Source: Octopus sinensis (Eukaryota). From it: a stretch of 64,000 nucleotides of DNA. Location of the stretch: assembly GCF_006345805.1 (NCBI RefSeq), contig NC_043000.1, positions 33,914,001-33,978,000 on the forward strand, given 5' to 3'. Shown here piece by piece: positions 26,465-39,227 of this stretch. The notes beneath the pieces are model-generated. The model worked only from the letters and a program-made list of their open reading frames with translations, did not search any database and was not told where the DNA came from. Each line of letters starts with the position of its first letter. Position 1 is the stretch's first letter. Made by a program: the position numbers and the translations under genes.

Positions 26465-27155
26465 CTGTGGTTCTAAACCTGAGGTCCGCAAGGGTTTTTG
26501 CCTTTTGTCATTCGTACTTGTGTGTGTCCACTTTTAACTATAGTTTTTATTCATTTGTCACTGCTTTCATTATTATATCATCACAAGTATATATTTTATT
26601 TTTATCCCTACATATTATTAATTTTGTATGAATGTTTACAGACATAAGTTACGTGAGAATTTAGTTTTTGTAAATTTTTATTTTTTATTTTTATTTATTT
26701 TTTAAAATTTTATTTGAATTAAATTATGGCTTGCACAGTAAGGTCCCGCGAATCTATTTACACATCCACATACTTATATGTTAAAATTAAAATATAGTAT
26801 TTGGTATCGAACTGTGATAAAGTTATTTAGAGGCCTGATGATTGGGGTTACATTTTAAGAAAGGTTCCTGTAAAACACTGCGTGCTTAAGGAACCGTAAA
26901 AGAACCTCAAGAAACACGTGTAGCTGAGAAATGAGTTGTAAGTATTGAATTAAATTAAAATTCTTTTATATGGTGTGATGAAGGGGACTACCATCTCTAA
27001 ACAACATAAATATTTCCTCATTGAGAATAATTTGAACCCCTGTGATGCCGGAATTTCTATTCCCTAATAAATAAAATTATATATATATATAAGGATAAGC
27101 ATATTCAAAGGGGTCTGTGGGAAAATACATCTAAATAAAGGGTTGGGAACCACTA
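26465..27155. mobile_element. Non-autonomous hAT (Charlie-like) element, 691 bp
   Basis: TIRs CTGTGGTTCTAAACC / GGTTGGGAACCACTA; 8-bp TSD GCCAACAG (26457-26464) vs GCCGACAG (27156-27163). Confidence 0.8.
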
Positions 27156-27223
27156 GCCGACAGCTTCCTTGGTCACCAGGAACTGTGAGATGCCCTGTCA
27201 TACAGTATAACACTGATGTTATA

Positions 27224-27683
27224 TTCTTTCCTACTCTAGGCACAAGGCCCGAAATTTTTGTTGAGGGGCTAGGCGATTTGATCGACCCAAGTACGCAAGT
27301 GGTACTTAATTTGTCGACCCGGAAAGGATGGAAGGCCAAGTCGACCTCGGCGGAATTTGAACTCAGAACGTAAAGACAGACGAAATACCACTAAGCATTC
27401 CGTCCGAAGTGCTAACGATTCTGCCAGCTCGCCGCCTTCGCTAATGTTATATTGCATAGCACTGTTATATAGTATAACACGAAAGCTTGGCTTTATTGGT
27501 TTTAAGCTTTGACACAAGGCCAGCAATGTCGGGGATGGTAAGTCGATTACATCGACCCCAGTGCTCGGCTGGTTCTGATTTTATCGAACCTCGGCAGAAT
27601 TTGAACTTAGAGCGTAAAGACGTAAGAAATGCTGCTCAGCATTTTGTCCGGCGCGCTAATGATTCCGCCAGCTCCACCACCTT
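27224..27683 (-). mobile_element. Two tandem SINE family 2 copies (27224-27439, 27502-27683)
   Basis: Both finish on the plus strand with GCCAGCTC.CC.CCTT (head reversed) and carry the core. Confidence 0.8.
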
Positions 27684-27760
27684 TAATACTAGTCTCTATT
27701 GAAGTTCATTTTTATTGAGAATACTCGAGAAATTGAATAACATTTGTGGCATGACTTTTC

Positions 27761-27796
<36 letters not shown>

Positions 27797-28427
27797 AAAA
27801 CCCATGAAATTTTAATTCATTTTGCTTTATATATTTGAAGTATTAGAAATAAAGTAAATCCATATCCACCAAGAATTTTGAGTTAAGTCACCATTCATGG
27901 GAAAAACAAAACATTAAAACCACAAAGACAATAACACTAAAAAAACATAAACAAGCGTGTTCTCCTAGAGCCTCGTGTCTATTCATTTCTGTACTCATTC
28001 CAAGCTGTCCTGTCGCTGGTACTAAGAGAATATCTAAATTGATATGAGAACTTGCCCACCTGGTTTTGTCTATAAACAGGCCTAGTCGTTGTCACTAATC
28101 ATCTGTTAATTACAAGTGATTGTCAATACACTTCTTGTTTTCCTAATCACCTGACACAACTGTTAATAATGTCATATGCATTGTTATGTATTCATTTAAT
28201 ATCTGAGAAAAGTTCCAATCGCCATATCGCCATGTGTCTGGTGCCGTGTATCTAGAATAATCACTTCAACTGTGAACAACTGGAATGAATGTGGTTTTAT
28301 GCGATGTCTTCGAAGACAGGAAAGGACTAAGAGATTTTGAAGGAAGGAAAATAAGATTAAGTTTTGTTGTGGGACTATATATTGCCGAATAGCATCACTG
28401 ATGTTTTGCTAATATACACAGATGTGT

Positions 28428-28745
28428 GAGGGCGCGTGGCTTAGTGGTTAGGGCATTCGGCTCATGATCGTAAGGTTGTGAGTTCGATTCCCGGCGACGC
28501 GTTGTGTCCTTGAGCAAGACACTTTATTTCACGTTGCTCCAGTCCACTCAGCTGGCAAAAATGAGTTGTACTTGTATTTCAAAGGGTCAGCCTTGTCACT
28601 CTCTGTGTCACGCTGATTATCCCCGAGAACTACGTTAAGGGTACACGTGTCTGTGGAATGCTCAGCCATTTGCACGTTAATTTCACGAGCAAGCTGTTCC
28701 GTTGATCGTATCAGCTGGGACCCTCGTCGTCGTAACCGGCGGAGT
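28428..28745 (+). mobile_element. tRNA-derived SINE, family 4 (head B + tail Y)
   Basis: GGCGCGTGGCTTAGTGGTTAGG...GAGTTCGATTCCC head, GTGTCCTTGAGCAAGACACTT central motif, tail shared with 45093-45280. Confidence 0.85.
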
Positions 28746-29994
28746 AAGAGAATATACACAGATACAAGGCATAGATTCAGTGGAAACATTGGCAGCATGG
28801 TCGAGGTGTATCTCGAGTTATTTCCCGTTTTCCAGATCAACGTTGACCAACATCTTGTAACTCGGTAAAGTTTTTCGCATCGGTTTAACGTTGTTTGCCT
28901 TATTGATCAAAACAAAAAAAGTCAATACGTTTGGGCCTTAAATTTGTGGAGCGTTAATCAAATGAGACAGCCAACAGTCAACATTCCCCATGGATAAGAC
29001 GACAGTTCATCGCAGATAGTTTCCCCCATAATACTATCTAATTTCGGCATCTAAACTAGCGCAAGAACAGCAAAGCGGTTCAGAAATTCACTTCGTAACC
29101 CCATGGTTTCAGTTCCGAAACCACTGAGCAGTACTTGAGCGAGTGTCTTCTACCTAGCCTAGGATCATCTATTAAGTGGATGGAAACTATGTTGAAACCT
29201 GTCGGAGCGGGGCTCACTGTTTATGTTTGTAAAAGTTCAGTGGACACAATTCATCACCAGCTTCAACGACTGACCAATTGGTTCTGTTAATTAAGTACAC
29301 GGATCCTTGTTGATTTCAAAGATGAGTATCAACGCGAGACAGTGATTGACAAGGATGGTTCTTTCAGTGAGTGACGGGTACATTACACCCGATACATATT
29401 TTCGGTTTGCACAATTTCGCTTCAAGATCTAGGAGATACGCAAGACCGCATTATGGAGAATTTCCAGTTCTTGATTGGAACCTACGACGCTTCTGATCAT
29501 CCCTCCACTCCCCGCACCTCTCCCCACACACACGCATTTACACTCGCTCCACTTTCTTTCAGACCTCTGAATGACAAACAAACTGACATTAACGCTAGAC
29601 ACCTATCGGTCGAGATAATCTCTACTAACACCCCTCCCGGTCTTCCACCTCCACCCTGACCTCAGTCGACACCCTGATTAACTAACTGATCTACTCCCCA
29701 CCGTCACAACCATCGAAACCACCACCACCACCACCGCCGCCCGCCACCGTCTGTCTTTCGCGACTATTTATGGAGACTTACGAAGTAGCTTTTATATTTA
29801 ACTTATTTCATCTTCAAGCGTTTGTGTGTATTTGTATGCGAGCGTGAAGAGAGGGAGAAAGAGAGACAGAAAGAAAGAGAGGAAACGAGAGAGAGAGAGA
29901 GAGAGAGAGAGAGGCAGACAGAGAGAGCTGTTTGGTTGCGTGAACGTACAGATAAATGGGAAATGTATGCAAAAGTAAAAGTTGAATATCTGCG

Positions 29995-30241
29995 CTGGCA
30001 TGGTGGCTGTGTGGTAAGTAGCTTGCTTACCAACCGCATGACTCCGGCTCCAGACCCACTGCGTAACACTTTGGGAAAATGTATTCTACTATAGCCTTGG
30101 GTCGACCAACACCTTGTGAGTAGATTCGGTAGATGGAAATTGAAAGAAGCCCGTCGTTTCTGTTTTTCTCACCCATCTTTCTTATCTTTTATACTTTTCT
30201 CCCACCTTTCTCTCTCGCTTTCTCTCTCTCTCTCACACTCC

Positions 30242-30285
<44 letters not shown>

Positions 30286-30832
30286 TTCATGACCCGATGA
30301 CCTGGAAGTTGTTGCTCTTCCATTACTTTCACAAACTGCAGTAACTTTCTTCAGCTGAATACAAGTCATTGATTGGTTAAAATTACCCAAATACGACAAC
30401 TTTAACATGAAATAACTTCTAAAATACAAAATTTTGTCCAAACCGTTGAGAGTAAACCATGTTCTACGTGACACATTCAATCAGTATCCAAAGTTTCAAA
30501 CTGTTTAGTTAAAAAAAATTTTAATAAAAAGATTTTAATAAAAAAAATATGTGACTGAGATTGAAAAGATCCATATATATATGCATGTATGTATGTATGT
30601 ATGTATGTATGTATGTATGTATGTATGTATGTATGTATGTATGTATGTATATGTGTGTCTGTGTTTGTCCCCCCCCCCCATTATCGCTTAACAACCGATG
30701 CTGGTGTGTTTATGTCCCCGTAATTTAGCGAAGTACTAGGCTTACAAAGAATAAGTCCTGGGTTCAATTTGTTCGACTAAAAGCGGTGCTCCTGCATGGC
30801 CGCAGTCAGATAACTGAAGCAAGTAAAAGAAT
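29995..30832 (+). mobile_element. SINE family 1 split into head (29995-30156) and tail (~30655-30832) by ~500 bp of other sequence
   Basis: Head ends AAGAAGCCCGTCG; tail resumes GTGTCTGTGTTTGTCCCC after (TATG)n. Confidence 0.65.
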
Positions 30833-32343
30833 ATATATATGCGCGCACACGTTTGTGTGTGTGTGTGTAGATTTGCGTGACAGCTAACTGCTACTGTCTA
30901 TCTCCCTACCCCCGCCTGATATTTTCTTATCATCACACCGCCCCTTTATTTCTTTCTAATCTTTGAATAAATTACTGCCACCCGTAAATAACCACAAAAT
31001 AAACATCGACGTCGTATGCCGACGCCTGTTTATTGATGCTACCCTGCGAAAGATTTTTCAAAGTTTTCTGCGCAATCACCAGTACCCAGTTTCGATCTCA
31101 CCCTGTGACACTTAGACCAATTAACTTCCACAACAGCCTCTGGTTGACCCAAGTCTTTTTGGGTGAAATCAGATCGACTGTGTTGGAGGAGAGGCAATAT
31201 CTGTAATTGAAAGGGTTAACCATGTCATAGATTGTCTGCGGAGTACTCAGCCACAGTCACTCTAATACACCACCACCTCACACTTACAAACCACTCATCG
31301 ACTCACACACGAACACACACAGAAATCTATTGTCTACAGAAAAGCCACAGCTTTAGCGTCCCCTTTTCCCCACATCCTCACACCCAACCACCCTCTACCA
31401 GTTCCAGAGACATCACACAATATGAGCCACCCCATTTCACCCACCCACACGCACACATCCACCCCTCACACTGATGCACCTACCAGGTGCCCTTCTCTCC
31501 TCCAAACCTCATATACCACCCACGCATACACATCTACTCCCCCTTACATATACACCCCCTCAAACAGCACCCCTCACACACCATGTACCTCACCCCCACC
31601 CCAAGCACCACCCACACATTTCAATCTTTCAAAGTTTTTGTCGGTTTAAGTCTTCTGAAATGGTTCACTAACTGAACTTCCTTTTCTATCGCCACTTGAA
31701 AAGCTTCCTACCACTGCTTTCCTCTCTCTCCTCCTTCTCCTCCAACACCTTCCATTAAACTTCTTTCTCTCACCCCTTCATTTCCCTCCTCCCTTCTCTC
31801 CTTTTCTTCATTCCCTTCCTTACTTCCTTCCGTAAATTACGAAAAATAAAAATAAATTCAGATTCTGTCCCCAAAATCCAATAGTTGGGCTTTCATCCAT
31901 CACCCACCGCCGCCGCCGCCACCATCACCACCATCATCACCGCGACCATCACCACCACCATCACCACCACTATCACCAACGACTACAACAACAACACTTG
32001 ACCCTGTCCTCCTTCGGTACTTATTTTCAGCAGACTCCATTGTGGTTCCTTCCATTTGAGGAAATTCCATCAGTCACTTCCTAAGCTGTCTCTCACTAGT
32101 CTTACAGGGCCCCGAAAGGATGAGAATATGAAGAGGGGAATAATGTTTCCCGCTGGTTTTCACGTTTAGCCGCCCACCCACCCATTTATTCATGTATTCA
32201 TTCAACAAACCATCCATCCTTCCTTCTCCATGTTGTTTGTTTCTCTGGTTGTTTCTGTCACTCTTTTCTTCTCTCCCCCTCTCTCTCTCTGTGCCTCTCT
32301 TCGTCTTTTGCTTTTTTTTTTTCGTGAACTCTCCTATATATAT

Positions 32344-32907
32344 ATAAAGTGATGGTTTGCTGCCAACTTAATGTGGCAGTCCCATGAAAGGAAAGAATTC
32401 TACTGTTATTTAGCCCTAGGAAACACTGTTTCCAGTTGGCCATGACACATTTCCTGTGTCCTTATGTATTCAAAGGGGAGATAAGCACCTCCACCCGGCC
32501 AAACCAGCATTCAGAGACTAGTTTCAGAGTCATTACTCATAATCAGTTTGGAGTAGCATGGTTTGCTAGATGTCGATGCTTATTCGCCTTTGAGAACATT
32601 TAGATTTCAAGTGAAATACATTCACTGATTTTTGAAAATAGAAATAATATATTTCTAAATCTCTCAGATAGGCATCGACAGCTAGCAAGCCATGCTACTC
32701 CAGGCTGAGGATGAGCAATGACTCTGAAACTAGTCTCTGGAGATGGCTTTGCTGGGTGGAGGTGCTTATCTCCCCCTTTGCAAACATAAGAACACAGGAA
32801 ATGTGTCAAGTCCAACAGGAAACGGTGTTTCCTAGGGCTAAATAACAGTAGCATTCTTCCCTTTCATGGAACTGCCGCATTAAGTTGACAACATATAATC
32901 ACTTTAT
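32344..32907. mobile_element. Foldback element: 240-bp inverted arms (32344-32583 / 32668-32907), each with a hammerhead motif
   Basis: Arms align base by base (e.g. CTACTGTTATTTAGCCCTAGGAAACAC / GTGTTTCCTAGGGCTAAATAACAGTAG); 84-bp spacer. Confidence 0.9.
32698..32742 (+). ncRNA. Minimal type I hammerhead ribozyme, predicted cleavage after C32735 (GUC)
   Basis: CUCCAGG CUGAGGA UGAGCAAUGACUCU GAAAC UA GUC UCUGGAG: 7-bp stem I, intact CUGANGA and GAAA, stem II GAG/CUC, palindromic stem III ACUAGU. Confidence 0.7.
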
Positions 32908-32988
32908 CGTGCTGCTACTGTATAAGCCTCACTGAGAGATTTAGAAACGTAATATATATAATATATAATATAATATATATATATATAT

Positions 32989-33059
<71 letters not shown>

Positions 33060-33081
33060 TAGATAGATAGATAGATAGATG

Positions 33082-33142
<61 letters not shown>

Positions 33143-35157
33143 TTTATATATATATATTGCTACTTGAGTTTCACATTTAAACTCTCGTTCCTACGCCAGT
33201 TTGATGTTGTATCCTTTGTCCGTGAAGGAGCCGAAGATTTCACGTGACATGCTCGTACCGTTGAACATGTCGAAAGTATTTTCTGGAAAATTAGCAAAAT
33301 TTCTTACAATTGGCAAAAAAGCTGAAATAGTGAGGCTATCAAGGGACTAACGATCAATTGTTCCCATCACGTAGTTGGATGAAAGTTTGTATGAAAGCGT
33401 AACATGTAACTATTTGCCGTTCACCATATGCGTATATGGTAGTGTGTGTGTATGTGTGTGTGTGTTTGTGTGTGTGTTTGTGTGTTTGTGTGTGTATGTG
33501 TGTGTTTGAGTGTGTGTGTCCGTGTGTTGCAAAGCTGACACGGGATCGCTATGTCCTCTGTCAAACATATTGCGAAACCCTCCGCTCCTATTCATATAAA
33601 CTCTTGTAAACAGAACAATTTGTCGTTGCTTCTCATTTCTCTTCCGTCCTAAACACAGTTCCGTGTCATGTTCTAAAATGCTATTGACTCCTTATGATCA
33701 AACACTGATTAAGTTTTTGTAGGAACGACTGTAGGTTCGATTTAATTACCTGAGGATGAAAATCAAAGCTGGCCTTAGCGGAATTTCAACATTGTTGCTA
33801 AGCATGAAACTACCGTTAACAACTATTAGAATATTTATTAGGATATTTTACAGGTACTGTCGTTTACTGATGTCCTGTTACAACAATGATCTCTATTCTG
33901 ACGACCTGTTAGCCTGAATTATTTTACACTTTACCGAAAGGGCAATTATTCATAGGAAAATACAAAATAATTGCAACCCCTCAAACAGCTTTTGGCGGCA
34001 AACTGTTTGAAGATCACATCTTTACACATTCACAGCATTGGATATCGACCGTGTGACATTTGAACGGTTCGACTAAGGTATGGCTAAGGACAGTGAATAA
34101 TTGAGAAAACCCATTGGATGTAAGTAGTTCAATGGATGCGTTTTTGGAGGGAATATTTAGGGAATTGGTCGAATATAAAGTGCGGGAGACTTTGTATATG
34201 AACTTGATTAGACAGAATTCGTTACAATATAATCAGCTGCCCTACATCACCGTCCATTGAAAATAGTGTTATGTCGTTGGTGAGATTTGCTGTTATTTAT
34301 TCCTGTTATTCCGACATTAAGCAATTACAAGACATCCTCCCTCCTTTCCTCCCGCCTTTCACTGAGTAGGAATGTAGATTTTTGCCCAACCGATGACTGG
34401 CATTAAACAAGCTTGTTTTCTCTGTCTGTCTCTCTAATTCAGCCAGACTACTACTTTTCCTACTTAACTAGGCCACAATAGAAATATCGGTCAGCCTAAT
34501 TACGTCCTACATCAATGTTAGTTTACAGCTTCAAGCAATATTCCCCAGCTATTCTCCCTCGTAAACATTCAAAATAGACTTCACTTGAAGTTGTTCCTTG
34601 TTGAAAAAACTTCCTCACAGACATCCACCGACAACGTTTTCTCTTCACAACATTTATTCTTTCACACTGGAACAACTGAGCTGAAGCTTTTAAAATATCA
34701 ACGAGAAACATTATATTAAATCTGTGCGATTACGAGGAAATATATTCTATATATTTCTCTTATATACCTCTACGTAAGTGTTGCATGTATATTATGGTAA
34801 GTAGCGTTGCGTCGTAATCATGTTAAACGGAGTGAGCAATTACACCTCTTAAACACTCCTACTTGAATGTTTTATATAAACGGTGTCCGGTTAGTATCCT
34901 TGAACAATAATCATGTTTAACTGGGTTTTATTGAAATAAATTTATTTAAATGACATTACCTTTGTCTCCAACGATGTGTTAAAAGACTTGAATACCTAAA
35001 CATCACATTATCCAGTCGCTCTAATCTCATAAAATATACGTACACAGGCGACCGTTGCGTAAATCATTCTGTACAACGCAGCCGACATTATTCCATCGCT
35101 CATGACGTAACACTTCATATCTGCAATGATATATTTTAACTTTTGACATTAAAATCG

Positions 35158-35410
35158 GTTTCATATTTTGGCACAAGGCCAGCAATTTCGAAGTGTTCAA
35201 TTGTTATTTATTTTATCGGCCCCGAAAGGATGAAAAGCAAAGTCGACCTCGGCGAAATTTGAACTTTACGATCTTCAAATTCCGCCGAGGTTGGCTTTAT
35301 CTGTCGTCCTTTCGGGGTCAGTAAATAAACCAGTTGAGCACCGAGGTCGAAGTAATCGACTTACTCCTTCCCTCAAAATTGCTGGCCTTGTGCCTATTGC
35401 AGAAAGGATT
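35158..35410. mobile_element. Inverted pair of truncated SINE family 2 copies separated by ~10 bp
   Basis: ...CCTCGGCGAAATTTGAA CTTTACGATC TTCAAATTCCGCCGAGG... Confidence 0.75.
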
Positions 35411-35499
35411 ATTATTGTTATAGTTGCTGTTACCGTTGCCTTTGTCCTTCCTATTTTGCATCACGGAAAGCCGGACTCAAATGATGGGCCTTAGGAAGT

Positions 35500-35870
35500 T
35501 GCCTACTCTAGGGAAGCTGTCACCTGATTGACAGCACTCTCCAAAATACCTGAGCTGTTCCAAGTAGAGCGATCTTCTGGGGTGCATAAATATAGATGTT
35601 ACCTTGGTGAACTGTTCCATTCCTATCTTCGTTAGTTTCAGAGTTCCAAAAACCACTGGTATTATTTCGATCTTGATATTCCACATCCTGTCGATTTTTT
35701 TGATAAAGGAATTTTTTTACCCAGAAAATATTGTTGTACACTCACTGTCCTCCTTGCCATTCATAGCGACGTCGAGTTTGTTGGTTCTCATTCTCTATCA
35801 TTGCGGATAAATATATCCGAGAAGATGGTGACATCGTTATAGTTAATGACCCTATTTGGATGATGTATTT
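35500..35870 (-). pseudogene. R4/Dong-like non-LTR retrotransposon C-terminal remnant
   Basis: MWNIKIEIIPVVFGTL...QKIALLGTAQVFWRVLSI resembles the RMW..K...IPVVIGALG...QKIALLGTAHILRKVL tail of REL elements. Confidence 0.6.
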
Positions 35871-35912
35871 AGCACTCCTTATTCGTCTTCATCTTGAAAC
35901 TCCTGTATATTT

Positions 35913-36332
35913 CGGCGGCGAGCTGGCAGAATCGTTAGCACATCGGGCGAAATGCTTAGCGGTATTTCGTCTGCCGCTACATTCTGAGTTCAAATTCCGC
36001 CGAGGTTGACTTTGCCTTTCATCCTTTCGGGGTCGATTAAATAAGTACCAGTTACGCACTGGAGTCGATATAATCAACTTAATCCGTTTGTCTGTCCTTG
36101 TTTGTCCTCTCTGTGTTTAGCCCCTTGTGGGTAGTAAAGAAATAGGTATTTCGTCTGCCGCTACATTCTGAGTTCAAATTCCGCCGAGGTTGACTTTGCC
36201 TTTCATCCTTTCGGGGTCGATTAAATAAGTACCAGTTACGCACTGGAGTCGATATAATCGACTTAATCCGTTTGTCTGTCCTTGTTTGTCCTCTCTGTGT
36301 TTAGCCCCTTGTGGGTAGTAAAGAAATAGGTA
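35913..36332 (+). mobile_element. SINE family 2 with a near-perfect 184-bp tandem duplication (35961-36144 / 36145-36328)
   Basis: One mismatch seen between the units; GGTA at 35961, 36145 and 36329. Confidence 0.9.
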
Positions 36333-36956
36333 CATCATTGTCATGTCTGCTTGAAGATTCTGGTTTTAGGCTTCCAAAGACAACGTGGTTGATGCTTTCT
36401 TCATAATTTCCACAGATCCTTCATTACGCGCATGCTCCATCTTTGATGTTCTGTCAATGATGATCGGAAATGATTAAGAAACTCTGATCTCCCCTAGCAA
36501 TTGCCAGTCCCCACCACCACCACCACCACCTCCGTTGTTTCTTCTCTCGACACCGTGCTTTTTATGTATTGGTTTGATGATCTTGTAGTTTGTGACCTTG
36601 TCACGGGATTCTGTGACCTTGTGACTGAAGTCTGTGACCTTGTAATACAATCTCTTCGTTGTGCCTAATAGATTCTAGAAGCGAAATAACCCAGAAGATA
36701 GAATATCGAAAAAGCATCGCATAGATCTTATCTCCGCATGCCTCACTTGACATGGCTGTCAGAAGTAGATACCGGATTATCTCGGAATGTTTCGTGCAAT
36801 AAACTAGCGTTGTAGGTAAATACTTTATCCACCCTACGCCATAAGATTAAGGTTAGGCATTGGAGGTGATGCAGGATCCATTTACAGTTTACAAAAAATG
36901 ACTTAACAAACAGCCAACACTGATCAGTGTTAAGGCAGCCATATTGACATGGCTCT

Positions 36957-37155
36957 TTTACTCTCTTACTTGTTTCAGTCATTTGACTGCGGCCATGCTG
37001 GAGCACCGCCTTTTAGTCGAGCAAATCGACCACCAGGACTTATTCTTTGTAAGCCTACTACTTATTCTATCAGTCTCTTTTGCCGAACTGCTAAGTTACG
37101 GGAACGTAAACACACCAGCATCGGTTGTCAGGCGATGTTGGGGGGACAAACACCG
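36957..37155 (-). mobile_element. SINE family 1, 3' half
   Basis: GTTTCAGTCATTTGACTGCGGCCATGCTGGAGCACCGCC...GGGGGACAAACAC. Confidence 0.8.
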
Positions 37156-37243
37156 ACAAACATGCACACGCATACACTGGTCAATAGTTTGCCCCTTAGT
37201 AGTAGTAGTAGTAGTAGTAGCAACAGCAGCAGCGGTGGTGGTG

Positions 37244-37276
<33 letters not shown>

Positions 37277-37599
37277 AGTAGTAGTAGCAACAGGAGCAGC
37301 GGTGGTGGTGGTGGTGGTGGTAGTAGTAGTAGTAGTAGTAAGGAAAAGAATGTGTTGGTAGTTAATGTAAATCTTACCGTATTCTCCTCCTCCTCATCAT
37401 CATCATTATCATCATCACTATCATCATTATTGTTCAATAGTTTTTTTTTATTTTTACTCTATGCTTTCACTGCTCTACCCAGCGCAGCATTTTTAGCCTT
37501 TATTTTTTTGTCATATGCTGTGGTTTGTTTTTGTTTTGGAGTTGTTATTTTTACTGTACACAGAGTGCTCTACGTTAAACATATGCAGTGTCTCACAGT

Positions 37600-37990
37600 G
37601 CCATATTCTCTCTGTTTTATACATTTATAAGTCCTTGCCTTGTGTGTTTTCTGACCATATCTAAAGTTCCTTTTATTATAAGGATTGTGTCCGTGTTCAG
37701 GTTTCTCATTCGGATTATCTCTATTTCCAGTTCTTTGTAGTTCCACAGTTTCTCCATTTCTTTTAGAGATACATTGTCTTCTGTTGGCACTGACATGCTG
37801 ATTAGTGGGCGCAATTTTTTCTTGATCGTTCTTGACAACAATATCTAGCCAATTAGCCATAATCCCCATGTTTGTTCTGTGTGTAATAGCATATCTCAGA
37901 ATATGATTGTTTTGTCATTTTCTGAGACCTTTTCTGGGATGTGCCATACCATCTCTTTTCTGGTACAAATTCCCATCTATGTAATCTCAA
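37600..37990 (-). pseudogene. R4/Dong-like REL endonuclease remnant
   Basis: ANWLDIVVKND...MSVPTEDNVSLKEMEKLWNYKELEIEIIRM matches the NRPDIV..D....ID..VP.D.N...KE.EK..KY..L pattern. Confidence 0.7.
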
Positions 37991-38089
37991 CTCTAACATG
38001 TCTATGAATATATTCTTTCCTGGCCAAGATTGGGCACCCAGCAACGAAATTATAGGTTCTTTTTTTTTTCCATCACCACATCTTCCGTG

Positions 38090-38128
<39 letters not shown>

Positions 38129-38147
38129 GTTATTATTATTATTGTTG

Positions 38148-38179
<32 letters not shown>

Positions 38180-38569
38180 AGAATCGTTAGCACTCTAGAC
38201 AAAATGTTTAGCGGTATTTCGTCTGTCTTCATGTTCTGACTTCAAATTGCACCGAGGTCCATTTTGCCTTTGATATTTTCAGAGTCGATAAATTAAGTAC
38301 CAGTAAAACGCTGGGGTCGATGTAATCGACTCATCCCCTTCTCCAAAATGGCTGCCCTTGTGGCAAAATTTCAAGCCATTATCCTTATTGTTGTTGTTGT
38401 TGCAGAATCGTTAGCATCCCGGTCAAAATGCTTTGCGGCATTTGGTCCGTCTTTATTTTCTGATTTCAAATTCCATCGAGGTAGAGTTTGTATTTTATCC
38501 TTTTGGGGTCGATGTAATCGACAAGCCCCACTCCCTCCAAATTTCAGGCTTGTGCCTATAGTAGAAAGG

Positions 38570-38572
<3 letters not shown>
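38180..38572 (+). mobile_element. Two tandem SINE family 2 copies (38180-38380, 38402-38572)
   Basis: AGAATCGTTAGCA head and family core in both. Confidence 0.75.
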
Positions 38573-38617
<45 letters not shown>

Positions 38618-39172
38618 GGGTGAGAGAGCAACGCATGCCATCAAAGTGACACTGGGGTAAAATATATATGAAACCCAGTATACCCATCATGACTACCCGT
38701 CTGATAAGGGTACACCAGGTACATGCATCACAACCATATGTGCGCGACATGGTGATCTCATATCAAGATAAACAGCGCATGACCTTTCAGGTAGGGCCAA
38801 ATTAGAATTTTCTTCTGGTCGAGTTGCCCATCCCGATCAAAAGGTCCCTGAATAAGGGTTGTTTAAGGATGTTGAACGAAACACCTATGTTTCCAAAGGT
38901 GAATTATTCACACCCCAAAGAATCCCTCTCAACACATAGCTATGATGCCCCGCCACTACTTCTGCTCGTGATCAGAGATGCAATATCGTCAGCCACCAAG
39001 GGACATGCTCAACTGGTTTAGGTCGAACAACTGACAAGCAGTTCTGTGGTATTGAGCAGAATATTTGCTGTAGCCCATCTTACATACCAAGACAATACAA
39101 TGTACATGATAACACTTCCAATCAGTTAAGATCAGAAGCCATGAGAGCCACTGCCTGGTACTGCATCAGGGC

Positions 39173-39173
<1 letters not shown>
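38618..39173 (+). repeat. ~555-bp interspersed repeat embedded in (TTA)n; inverted partner at 43534-44086
   Basis: GAGAGAGCA...ATGCCATCAAAGTGACACTGGGGTAAAATA ... GGTACTGCATCAGGGCA aligns end to end with the reverse complement of 43534-44086. Confidence 0.9.

Positions 39174-39227
<54 letters not shown>

Noticed and set aside
28428-28500. Functional tRNA genes at SINE heads (also 25320-25390, 44898-44965, 9405-9470)
   Set aside because: A/B boxes are present, but no complete cloverleaf or terminator was seen and each continues into a SINE body
33190-33290. Minus-strand terminal exon (NTFDMFNGTSMSREIFGSFTDKGYNIKLA*)
   Set aside because: No recognisable homology and it abuts a (TA)n tract like the other short repeats; more likely a repeat fragment
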